Sequence record: SRR31156797_1217
Length of the DNA stretch: 20,000 bases
Direction: 5' to 3' (one strand)
In this document: piece by piece, positions 8,360 through 16,914 of the stretch
Layout: each line of letters opens with the position of its first letter
Position numbering within the stretch: the first letter of the stretch is position 1
The notes under the pieces: model-generated
What the model was told of the DNA's origin: nothing
What the model saw: the letters and a program-made list of their open reading frames with translations, nothing else
The model's database searches: none
Program-made: the position numbers and the translations under genes

Positions 8360-9166
8360 ATGGAAACAACGTCCTTACTCCCCCTTATCCAGGTCACCTT
8401 TCTCGAAACCTGTCGCGACGTCATACCGATAATTACCCTTATCACTTTTTTTCAGCTATTTGTACTGCGGCAACCCATCCCTCATTTAAGAAAACTACTC
8501 ATAGGTGCAATCTATGTGGTCATAGGATTGACCCTTTTTCTAGTCGGTCTTGAAAAGGCACTTTTCCCCATTGGCAAAATCATGGCGCAACAGCTTTCCG
8601 ACCCAAGCTTTATTTATGAACCTGATGAACCAGGCCAAATTTTTCACTGGGTGAACTACTTCTGGGTGTACCTTTTTGCCGCGCTCATAGGGTTTTCAAC
8701 CACCATTGCCGAGCCGTCACTACTTGCAGTAGCCATTAAGGCCAACGAAGTTTCAGGCGGCACTATCAAGCAGCGGGGACTAAGAGTTGCGGTGGCTCTT
8801 GGGGTTGCAATAGGTTTAAGCCTGGGCACCTTTAAAATCGTTACAGGAACTCCATTGCACCTCTATATCCTGCCAGGATATCTGGTCGTTATCATCCAGA
8901 CCTTTTTCGCTCCTAAAAACATCATCCCGCTGGCCTATGATTCCGGGGGAGTTACAACGTCTACGGTCACGGTACCAATAGTAACCGCTCTCGGCCTTGG
9001 TCTCTCATCTTCCATTCCAGGTCGCAATCCTGCACTAGACGGGTTTGGCCTTATTGCATTTGCCAGTCTATTCCCCATTATAACGGTCCTTGGCTATGCG
9101 CAACATGCCCATTGGTCAGAACTGAAAATAAAACGTAAACTAAAAAAGAGGAACAATGGAGTTTAA
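8360..9166 (+). CDS. DUF1538 family membrane protein (copy 2)
   Basis: [36 protein letters not shown] and [11 protein letters not shown] motifs; starts 4 bp after copy 1. Confidence 0.9.
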   Translation: METTSLLPLIQVTFLETCRDVIPIITLITFFQLFVLRQPIPHLRKLLIGAIYVVIGLTLFLVGLEKALFPIGKIMAQQLSDPSFIYEPDEPGQIFHWVNYFWVYLFAALIGFSTTIAEPSLLAVAIKANEVSGGTIKQRGLRVAVALGVAIGLSLGTFKIVTGTPLHLYILPGYLVVIIQTFFAPKNIIPLAYDSGGVTTSTVTVPIVTALGLGLSSSIPGRNPALDGFGLIAFASLFPIITVLGYAQHAHWSELKIKRKLKKRNNGV

Positions 9167-9503
9167 AGCCATTATTGCGTCGGTAAAGCCTAATTACACA
9201 GACGAGGTTGTTGACGCAGCAAAAACAGCAGGAGCGACAGGTGCCACCATTATCCAGGCAAGAGGAACAGGTATCCGTGAGGCGAAATCTTTTTTCGGCC
9301 TTTCATTGGAGGCCCAGACCGATATCATCCTTTTTTTGACTGAGCAGCATACGGTAAAAAATATCCTTGCGGCTATCAATCATGCCGGAGAGTTTCACAA
9401 GCCAGGTACAGGGATTGCCTTTGTGTTACCGATTGAACAAGCCATCGGCCTCGAAAGCCAAATGGAAAGATTTGAGGAAGAAATAAGCAAGCAGGAACCG
9501 TGA
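9156..9503 (+). CDS. P-II family signal transduction protein (non-canonical)
   Basis: AGATGATIIQARGTG and KPGTGIAFVLPI motifs, 115 aa, SD-like AGAGGA; overlaps the DUF1538 stop by 11 nt. Confidence 0.9.
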   Translation: MEFKAIIASVKPNYTDEVVDAAKTAGATGATIIQARGTGIREAKSFFGLSLEAQTDIILFLTEQHTVKNILAAINHAGEFHKPGTGIAFVLPIEQAIGLESQMERFEEEISKQEP

Positions 9504-9504
9504 A

Positions 9505-9528
9505 AGGAGGAACGCACCCGTCCCTCCT
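9505..9528. terminator. Hairpin between the convergent PII and uraA genes
   Basis: AGGAGGAACG-CACC-CGTCCCTCCT. Fully paired with one G-U on the minus strand; the U-tail is weak. Confidence 0.45.
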
Positions 9529-9578
9529 AAAAGAAGCGTGAGGCGTAGATTGCGCCGTTTGGAACAAAAGAGGTAACA

Positions 9579-9605
9579 GCTGAGCCCCAAAAAAAGGGAC
9601 TCAAC
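9579..9605 (-). terminator. Hairpin directly after the uraA stop
   Basis: Minus strand GTTGAGTCCC-T7-GGGGCTCAGC forms a 10-bp stem with G-U pairs, followed by TGTTACCTCTTTT. Confidence 0.5.
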
Positions 9606-9615
9606 CGTATCGGGC

Positions 9616-10869
9616 TTAAGCAGTTTTGCGTACAGAATCCTCTCTACCCGGCAACACCAGGTGCAACAATACGCCCACGATTGCTGACAGGCCAATTCCC
9701 TGCACCATGAAGCCTTTGTAGCCCAAAGCCATATCGCCTATACCAAAAACAAGAATCAAGCTGACAATAACAAGGTTGCGCGGCAGGGCGAGATCTGTCC
9801 CCTCACGTACCAGGGTATTCATGCCGATCGCAGCAATGGTACCAAACAAGAGCGTCATGATGCCACCCATTACCGGGGTAGGAATAGTTGCCAGCATTGC
9901 ACCCAAGGTTCCTGAAAAGGAGAGCAGGATTGCCATACAGGCAGCCCACGTCATAATCGCAGGATTAAAAGCACGCGTTAAAGTTACCGCCCCCGTCACC
10001 TCAGAGTACGTAGTATTAGGCGGGCCTCCCAACATAGATGCCAGAGAGGTTGCAAGACCGTCTCCCAGCAGAGTCCGGTGCAATCCAGGCTCTTCGAGAT
10101 AATTCTTACCAGTAACGCTGCTTATGGCAAGCATATCGCCGATATGCTCAATGGCTGGAGCAATGGCTACCGGCACGATGAAAAAAATCGCCTGCCAGTT
10201 TAATTCAGGCAGGACAAAATCAGGCACCGCTAGAAAAGGCGCTTCCAGTACAGGGGCAAAATTCACCATCCCACAAACCATCGCCACAAGGTATCCAGCA
10301 GTGATACCAAGCAAAATAGAAATCAGCCGGATCATACCTTTGCCTAAAAGGACGGCAAGTACTGTCACCAGCAAAGAAGTCATAGCGACGATAAGCGCTT
10401 GGCCCTGTGGGAAAAGAACAGCAGACCCATCACCGGTTTTACCGAGCGCCATAAAGACGGCAACAGGGGCCAGGTTCAAACCGATCACCATAATAACCGG
10501 GCCAACTACAACCGGTGGCAGTACTTTTTTAACTATGCCCCTGCCGCGAAACCGAATCAACATCGCCAGCAAAATATAAACAATACCTGCGGCCAGCAGC
10601 CCACTCATGGTGCCGGCAATACCCCATGTCTGGACCCCATAAATTATGGGAGCAATAAAGGCAAAAGACGATGCCAAAAATATAGGCACCTTTCGTTTGG
10701 TCACAATCTGGAAAACCAGCGTTCCCACCCCAGCTGTAAACAATGCGACATTTGAATTTAATCCGGTAAGAATCGGCACAAGGACCAGCGCCCCAAATGC
10801 TACAAACAGCATCTGTGTACCAACAATAATCTGTTTACCAAACCCCATGGTCTTTTTTTCTGTGGTCAT
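9616..10869 (-). CDS. uraA: Uracil permease (NCS2/NAT family)
   Basis: QMLFVAFGALVLVP, IFLASSFAFI, EHIGD and the NAT signature GGPPNTTYSEVTG; downstream of upp. ATG 10869 with SD-like AGAGG is preferred over GTG 10890. Confidence 0.93.
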   Translation of the reverse strand: MTTEKKTMGFGKQIIVGTQMLFVAFGALVLVPILTGLNSNVALFTAGVGTLVFQIVTKRKVPIFLASSFAFIAPIIYGVQTWGIAGTMSGLLAAGIVYILLAMLIRFRGRGIVKKVLPPVVVGPVIMVIGLNLAPVAVFMALGKTGDGSAVLFPQGQALIVAMTSLLVTVLAVLLGKGMIRLISILLGITAGYLVAMVCGMVNFAPVLEAPFLAVPDFVLPELNWQAIFFIVPVAIAPAIEHIGDMLAISSVTGKNYLEEPGLHRTLLGDGLATSLASMLGGPPNTTYSEVTGAVTLTRAFNPAIMTWAACMAILLSFSGTLGAMLATIPTPVMGGIMTLLFGTIAAIGMNTLVREGTDLALPRNLVIVSLILVFGIGDMALGYKGFMVQGIGLSAIVGVLLHLVLPGREDSVRKTA

Positions 10870-10944
10870 GCTTTTCCTCTTCTTTTCCACATTACTCTTT
10901 CCTTCAGCCAGGCCTATTCAATCGGCCCACTTGAACAAAGAAGC

Positions 10945-11571
10945 CTATTTCGTACCAAACAGTTTGTCACCTGCATCGCCAAGGCCCGGTATAATGTACC
11001 CATTTTCATCAAGCTTTTCATCAACACCGGCAACATAGATATCCACGTCTGGATGGGCAGCCTGCAATTTGGCAATCCCCTCAGGAGCAGCAACCAAAAA
11101 TATACCAATGAGGTCCTTACAGCCCGCTTTTTTCAGCATATCTATGGTGGCAATAAGCGTTCCACCGGTGGCAAGCATAGGATCAAGAATCATTGCCTGC
11201 CGCTGCTCTATATCTGCCACCAGTTTTTCGAAGTAGGCCACAGGCTGCAGTGTTTCTTCATCACGATACAGGCCAACAACCGAAACCTTGGCATTAGGTA
11301 CAGCTTTCAGTACCCCGTCCATCATGCCCAACCCAGCCCTGAGAATCGGTACGATTGTGATCTTCTTGCCCTTTATCCTGTCAACATCAACAGGGCCTGA
11401 CCAGCAATCGATGGTAACTTTTTCCGCAGGGAGCTGCTTGGTGGCCTCATAGGCAAGCAACATACCTATCTCCGACGCTAAATCCCTAAAATCTTTAGTA
11501 GAAATATCTTTTTCACGAAGATGACCAAGCTTATGACGTACCAGGGGATGGGTGATTTCATGAACTGCCAT
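10945..11571 (-). CDS. upp: Uracil phosphoribosyltransferase (208 aa)
   Basis: [22 protein letters not shown] motif [11 protein letters not shown] and [21 protein letters not shown] 11571 has SD AAGGAG. Confidence 0.97.
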   Translation of the reverse strand: MAVHEITHPLVRHKLGHLREKDISTKDFRDLASEIGMLLAYEATKQLPAEKVTIDCWSGPVDVDRIKGKKITIVPILRAGLGMMDGVLKAVPNAKVSVVGLYRDEETLQPVAYFEKLVADIEQRQAMILDPMLATGGTLIATIDMLKKAGCKDLIGIFLVAAPEGIAKLQAAHPDVDIYVAGVDEKLDENGYIIPGLGDAGDKLFGTK

Positions 11572-11849
11572 ACAGCGCTCCTTAATTAATAAAATGGGAT
11601 AAGAAAAAATGATTTTGTTTGTAGCATGGAACAACAGATCTATCCAGCGTAAAAAGATGGAACCATAGGTAAAAGAAACGACTGAACCAGTAATCCCTGT
11701 CCCCACTGTCCAGGCTCAGAAATGAAAACCATACGTCTACCCAAGATGGTAATTGCAGAATCGCCTTGCAATACCTGCCATTTACTGGAATGATCAAGAA
11801 AGATTGAAGGTTTTCCTGCACCTTATTGCCAGCGACTTACAGGACTAGC

Positions 11850-14426
11850 ATGTCATCAGTCTCCTCTTCTGACCAACTACGGCTCACCAAGCGCCCACTT
11901 TTTTACTGGATCCTTCGTCGACACCACGGCTTGCAGCTTATTCTGCTTATCATCATCGTGATCAGTCTTTTTTTCCGAGTCTTTCCCCTGGAAATGCAAA
12001 AACGGATAATCAACGAAGCCATTTATCTCAAAAAGGTCGACTTACTCTTTCTCTATTGCGGGCTGTATATGGGAGCAATTTTGCTGGCCGGGCTGACCAA
12101 GTACGCCATAAATGTGCTGCAAACTATTATCGGCCAAAAAATCCTGGTAGAACTACGGACCGAACTCTACCACCATGTGCTGCAGCTTCCCCTTCAATTT
12201 TACAGAAAGATGCAACCCGGCACCGTTATTTCTGCCATGACAGCAGAACTCAATGCCATAGGCTTCTTTCTTGGTGGCGCCGTTGCCATTCCCCTGACCA
12301 GCATACTCAGCCTGCTGGTCTTTCTCGGCTTCATGTTTCACCTCAGCCCGCTGCTTGCCATGCTCTCTGTGGCTGTATACCCGTTTGAGCTCATAGTTAT
12401 CCCACTTTTACAAAAACGCTACAACCAATACAACAAAAAGCGTATCGCCACAACCAGGGCCATGTCCAACGTCGTTAACGAGGCAATCAGCGGCCTCCAT
12501 GAAGTTCATGCCAACGGCAGTTACGCGATTGAAGAGAAAAGGCTATCCACCTATATTTATATACTTTATGGACATCTCAAACGATTATTTTTCATAAAAT
12601 ATGGGATTAAATTCGCCAACAACCTTTTTCAATCCATTGGTCCCTTTATTCTGTTTCTGGTTGGCGGATATTTGGCCATACATGGAGAATTCACCCTTGG
12701 AGCCCTGGTAGCCTTTCTATCTGCCTATGAAAAAGTTTATGATCCCTGGAAGGAAATGCTTGAATATTATCAATCATTCCAAGATGCCAAAGTGCGTTAC
12801 AACCAGATCATGAGCATCTTTGACCACAAAATAGAGCATCCGCTTCTCCCGGACAAACGACCACCCCACCAGCTGCAGGGCAAGATTGACCTGAAAAATG
12901 CCGGTTTCTCAGTGGATAACGGCCTTAAGCTCCTTGACAACATCACCATGAGCATTCAGCCTAACGAACAGGTCGCCCTGGTTGGGTTTTCAGGATCAGG
13001 AAAATCCACACTTGCCCTTCTGATTGCCCAGTTATACAATATAAACCATGGCCTGATCCTCCTTGATGACATGGACATTGCGGCAATGAGCAAATCAGAT
13101 ATAAACCGCAACATAACCATGATCGCACAACGCCCTTTTATTTTCACTGGAACCATCCGGGAAAATCTACTTTATGCGGTGCAGGCTGCAGGTGACCAGA
13201 AACAAGACACCCCCGCGCGAGAAGATATTTTACAAATCATTCACGACGTTGGCTTAACAGAAGATATACTCCGATTCGGATTTAATGCCGTTATACCTGA
13301 AGAGCGTGTTAAACCTATAAAAGCCTCTATTTTAAGGATGCGGCAAATTATCAACTCTGAACTGCGAGACCCCTTCTCTAAGGTTGTCGAGCCCTATAAT
13401 ATCAATGCATTCATGTCGTATGCCAGCTTAAAGAACAACCTCTTGTTTGGCGAAAGTCTCACCGAAAGATATGCCCTCGATAATTTACCCTACAGCAAAA
13501 CATTCCGAGCGTTTCTCCTAAAAAACAACCTTGAAAAGCCCCTCCTCAAGCTTGGTTTGACCGTTGCACAAACAACCGTCGACATCCTGCGGGACTTGGG
13601 AGATGATGATTTCTTTTTTCAAGGCAGCCCCATGGAACCTCATGAACTGGAAGAATTTGCCGCCCTGCTCGAAGCCACCCGGGGGCAAATGCCGCAGAAA
13701 AAAAGCGGTCAGGACCGCCTGCTTCACTTGGTTTTGCGCTTTATACCGGCGAAACATAAAATCACCACCATGAGCGATAGTTTAAAAGATCAAATTCTCA
13801 CAGCCCGACACGATTTCCTTAAAAATACAATCCAACTCGACATGGACGCCTGCAGCCGTTCCACCCAACTCCTAAAGCAGGATGGAGCCATAATTGCGCT
13901 CCCTACATATGAACACCAGCGTGACTTCATTCCTTACTGCCCATCGGAATACCTGTACAGCCATTCATTGCGAGACAATATTCTTTTTGGAGCATCCAAG
14001 CAGCAACTCCGCGATCATCAAGATCTCATGGAACTTGCCCTGGAGGCTTTTGATCGTGAAGGGCTGGTCGACGAAGTCCTGGATCTGGGTCTTGACTTTG
14101 AAGTCGGCAGCCAAGGGGACCGGCTGTCAGGGGGGCAAAAGCAAAAACTTGCCATAGCCAGATCCTTTCTTAAAGAATCAACTATCCTGATCATGGACGA
14201 GGCAACGGCAAGTCTGGACAACACCTCGCAAGCGCAGATTCAAAACCTTCTTGAAACAAAATATAAGGGTAAGAAAACAATCATAGCAGTCATTCACCGC
14301 TTGGACCTTACTCCAGGATACGATAGAATATTTGTGTTAAAAGGGGGCTCGCTGATCGAACAGGGGACCTATGAAGAACTCATGGCAAAACATGGCACAT
14401 TCTATGAACTCACCCAAGCACACTAA
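11850..14426 (+). CDS. ABC exporter, fused TMD-NBD, with a large insertion inside the NBD
   Basis: N-terminal ABC membrane domain, Walker A GFSGSGKS, Q-loop IAQRP, signature LSGGQ, Walker B ILIMDE and H-loop IHRL. ATG 11850 has SD AGGA; the ORF-track TTG is at 11826. Confidence 0.92.
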   Translation: MSSVSSSDQLRLTKRPLFYWILRRHHGLQLILLIIIVISLFFRVFPLEMQKRIINEAIYLKKVDLLFLYCGLYMGAILLAGLTKYAINVLQTIIGQKILVELRTELYHHVLQLPLQFYRKMQPGTVISAMTAELNAIGFFLGGAVAIPLTSILSLLVFLGFMFHLSPLLAMLSVAVYPFELIVIPLLQKRYNQYNKKRIATTRAMSNVVNEAISGLHEVHANGSYAIEEKRLSTYIYILYGHLKRLFFIKYGIKFANNLFQSIGPFILFLVGGYLAIHGEFTLGALVAFLSAYEKVYDPWKEMLEYYQSFQDAKVRYNQIMSIFDHKIEHPLLPDKRPPHQLQGKIDLKNAGFSVDNGLKLLDNITMSIQPNEQVALVGFSGSGKSTLALLIAQLYNINHGLILLDDMDIAAMSKSDINRNITMIAQRPFIFTGTIRENLLYAVQAAGDQKQDTPAREDILQIIHDVGLTEDILRFGFNAVIPEERVKPIKASILRMRQIINSELRDPFSKVVEPYNINAFMSYASLKNNLLFGESLTERYALDNLPYSKTFRAFLLKNNLEKPLLKLGLTVAQTTVDILRDLGDDDFFFQGSPMEPHELEEFAALLEATRGQMPQKKSGQDRLLHLVLRFIPAKHKITTMSDSLKDQILTARHDFLKNTIQLDMDACSRSTQLLKQDGAIIALPTYEHQRDFIPYCPSEYLYSHSLRDNILFGASKQQLRDHQDLMELALEAFDREGLVDEVLDLGLDFEVGSQGDRLSGGQKQKLAIARSFLKESTILIMDEATASLDNTSQAQIQNLLETKYKGKKTIIAVIHRLDLTPGYDRIFVLKGGSLIEQGTYEELMAKHGTFYELTQAH

Positions 14427-14937
14427 CGACATCTGCGAAAGCGGAAATTGTCAAATTCAGGAGTCATTGGCCCTCCTGCAAAAGCTCTCTCTGTTTCGGG
14501 AAACCCCGCTTGATATACTTAAACTTTATGCGTATCTTAGTAAAAAAGAAGAGTTTAAAAAAGGTTCTCGCATAGTACAGCAGGGCAAGCGTTTCCAACA
14601 GATGTACCTGATAATCAAAGGTCAGGTATCCATTTACGAAGAGTACAATGGCAAAAATTACAAGTTGCAGCAGCTCGAAGAGGATGGGTTGAATTATTTT
14701 GGAGAACTTTCACTGCTTACCCCCATTGACTCGTTCTTTTCAGCATGGGCAGAAACCGATGTTATTCTGCTAAGCATAACCAGGGAGGCTTTTCAAAAAG
14801 TCATGGAACGGTATCCTGAGATGTACACAAAAGCGATTGAAAAAATCATCACCCTACGCATTGCTAGGGCCACCGACCAAACAAGGAAACTAATCGAAAA
14901 AACCGACCCCAATGCTTGGCGCGAGAGCGAAATCTAG
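14404..14937 (+). CDS. Stand-alone cyclic-nucleotide-binding-fold protein (no HTH)
   Basis: LQKLSLF..FKKGSRIVQQG..MYLIIKGQV..YFGELSLL..ILLSITREAF..YP. The start is uncertain (14371, 14392 or 14404); all options overlap the ABC gene end. Confidence 0.85.
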   Translation: MNSPKHTNDICESGNCQIQESLALLQKLSLFRETPLDILKLYAYLSKKEEFKKGSRIVQQGKRFQQMYLIIKGQVSIYEEYNGKNYKLQQLEEDGLNYFGELSLLTPIDSFFSAWAETDVILLSITREAFQKVMERYPEMYTKAIEKIITLRIARATDQTRKLIEKTDPNAWRESEI

Positions 14938-14995
14938 CAACAAGGGCAGCAATATTGCCTACAAGGTTCATCCTCCTCCATATGGAACTAGCAGC

Positions 14996-15577
14996 ATGAA
15001 AATTTTGTTATCTCCCTTACTTCTCTTTGTACTTTTTTTTCTCACTCCTCCCGAAGGGCACACAGCAATAAAAGCACCCAAAGAGGTTGGCGGCTTTAAA
15101 CTGGGAACGTCAATAGATGACTATGAGTTCATCAGTTACAGAAATTTTCTCAAGCAGGTCGTAGTGGAAAATGTTGGAGCCTTCAGAAAGGGCATCATCG
15201 AATACGGCGTATGCGAACGCCCAGGTAAGATAGTCAGAATAAAATTAAAATATGCTGACCACAGTGAATCATTTTATCGGCAGTTATTGCAAAAATACAA
15301 ACAACAGCTTGGAGAGCCCTCAAAATACACAGGGGATTCCTTCGGTATTCTCAAGGCATGGAAATGGTTCTTTAAAGATGACGCAGGAGAACGCATCTCT
15401 TTAACGTTGCAGTATAATAAAAAAAATCTCAATGAAACAGTGGGAAGCATGGTCAAACTTTCAATGCCTGACCGGATTAATGCCGAACGTTTATGCTTTA
15501 ACGAAGTGTGCAATACTAAAGAAACAACTTCCCCCGTCGCGGAAGAACAACACTGGGAATCATTTATTCCCCGTTAA
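14996..15577 (+). CDS. Secreted/periplasmic hypothetical protein
   Basis: ATG 14996 gives MKILLSPLLLFVLFFLTPPEGHTA, a Sec-type signal peptide, followed by a Lys-rich soluble domain with three Cys. Confidence 0.8.
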   Translation: MKILLSPLLLFVLFFLTPPEGHTAIKAPKEVGGFKLGTSIDDYEFISYRNFLKQVVVENVGAFRKGIIEYGVCERPGKIVRIKLKYADHSESFYRQLLQKYKQQLGEPSKYTGDSFGILKAWKWFFKDDAGERISLTLQYNKKNLNETVGSMVKLSMPDRINAERLCFNEVCNTKETTSPVAEEQHWESFIPR

Positions 15578-15662
15578 CCCTTTACAGCAATCCATGGCGA
15601 CCATGTACCGATATCACGTTACCCCTGGACGGTTTTCTGCATAGACACACTTTTACCCAACA

Positions 15663-16547
15663 ATGTCTGTCACATCATCTAGTTACAAAAAAATAGCCTG
15701 GAACGGTATGTCTTTTGACATTCCAGGAAACTGGCATGCCACTGTCATATTCAAAAACTATCTTTTTTTTGAAAAAAAGGACGAACCTGTTTTTGATATT
15801 AAGTGGCAGCCTGTTCAGGGTCGTTTTTCGTCATCAGCCATCCTCAAACAGTTAAGCAAAGGAGATAAGGACCTTTCGTTTTCCTCCTGGGAACTACCAG
15901 ACGCATACACAATGCATCTCAATCCATATCAGTCCTCCGGGTTTAAGTGGGATAAGAAAAAACAACATCGAGGCATATTGCTTTACCATGCACCATCTCG
16001 CCAAATCATCATTATCCGCTTCCATTGTTATCAAAACAGTGAGCTGCCCACCTTTATCCACCTCCTGCAGACCTTAACCAACAATACCTGCAGTGAATTG
16101 ATACCGTGGGCTGTTTTTGATATCCAGGCTTTACTGCCTTCAGATGCGATACTGGAAAATCATGAGTTTTACCCCGGCAAGTATTCTATTGTGTTTTCCC
16201 TTGCCCGGCAACGGTTGGTCTTACTCCGTTTCAAGCCGGCAGCTGAGTTACTGCGGTCAACCACACTCACCGCTTTTGGTGCCCACCTGGCTGGTCAGGC
16301 ACAACCCGTTACCACCACACCCCATACCGCTCAGTGGTCATACAGAAGCAGTGGCTGGCAAAAAATGCGTGCATCCCTGGCACGTAAACCAAAATATACA
16401 GACCTGCACCTCTCCCACCACATCGATACCAATATAATCCTTGGAGTACTCATAGAAGGAAACAAACCCCTCCCCCATGAAACGACACAAAACATAATTG
16501 ATAACTACCGACCTTACGCCTTCAACAATGCCAACAAATCACAATAA
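15663..16547 (+). CDS. Hypothetical protein (294 aa)
   Basis: Long ORF whose two halves begin with similar W-x-x-x-x-x-x-x-P segments (IAWNGMSFDIPGNW and IPWAVFDIQALLPSDA). Its end overlaps the PqqD gene. Confidence 0.75.
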   Translation: MSVTSSSYKKIAWNGMSFDIPGNWHATVIFKNYLFFEKKDEPVFDIKWQPVQGRFSSSAILKQLSKGDKDLSFSSWELPDAYTMHLNPYQSSGFKWDKKKQHRGILLYHAPSRQIIIIRFHCYQNSELPTFIHLLQTLTNNTCSELIPWAVFDIQALLPSDAILENHEFYPGKYSIVFSLARQRLVLLRFKPAAELLRSTTLTAFGAHLAGQAQPVTTTPHTAQWSYRSSGWQKMRASLARKPKYTDLHLSHHIDTNIILGVLIEGNKPLPHETTQNIIDNYRPYAFNNANKSQ

Positions 16548-16914
16548 CAAGCCGCAGCCACTCAGCAGAAAAGAGGCTCTGGAGTGCATTCCCTTGCAAA
16601 ATCCAGGCACTGAAGAAGAGGAAAACCAGGATGGGTTACTCCTTACCTACTCAGTGGAGGTGAAACCCTTTTTCCATACATTGATCAAAAGGGTTACAGG
16701 AAAGGACACAAGCAATATACGCAGAAAAATTCAGCTTGACCAAATGGGAAGTTCTGTATGGCAATTAATTGACGGCCAACGGAGTGTCCGGGACATAGCG
16801 ACGAATTTCCAACGCCGACATCAACTCGACAATCGCGAATCGGAAATTTCAGTCACCAGCTTTCTCAAAGAACTGGGAAAGCGTGGCCTAGTAGCGATGA
16901 AGCAAGAAGGTTAG
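16528..16914 (+). CDS. PqqD family (RiPP recognition element-like) protein
   Basis: KIQLDQMGSSVWQLIDGQRSVRDIA..F...ISVTSFLKELGKRGLV is the PqqD/RRE winged-helix pattern. ATG 16528 overlaps the upstream stop. Confidence 0.85.
   Translation: MPTNHNNKPQPLSRKEALECIPLQNPGTEEEENQDGLLLTYSVEVKPFFHTLIKRVTGKDTSNIRRKIQLDQMGSSVWQLIDGQRSVRDIATNFQRRHQLDNRESEISVTSFLKELGKRGLVAMKQEG

Noticed and set aside
9776..11400. + strand ORFs opposite uraA and upp
   Set aside because: Antisense shadows of clear housekeeping genes.
11707..11725. PyrR-binding-loop-like string (TGTCCAGGCTCAGAA) near upp
   Set aside because: Wrong strand for the upp-uraA leader, incomplete consensus and no attenuator hairpin.
11752..11780. 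Sigma-54-like TGGCA..TTGCA on the minus strand
   Set aside because: GG-to-GC spacing is 2 nt shorter than the strict -24/-12 requirement.
14371..14426. Programmed frameshift fusing the ABC and cNMP ORFs
   Set aside because: No clear slippery site, the ABC ends with a normal C-terminus (GTFYELTQAH), and in-frame ATGs allow coupled re-initiation.
16528..16914. PQQ biosynthesis locus
   Set aside because: No pqqA, B, C or E in the window; a PqqD fold alone does not imply PQQ synthesis.
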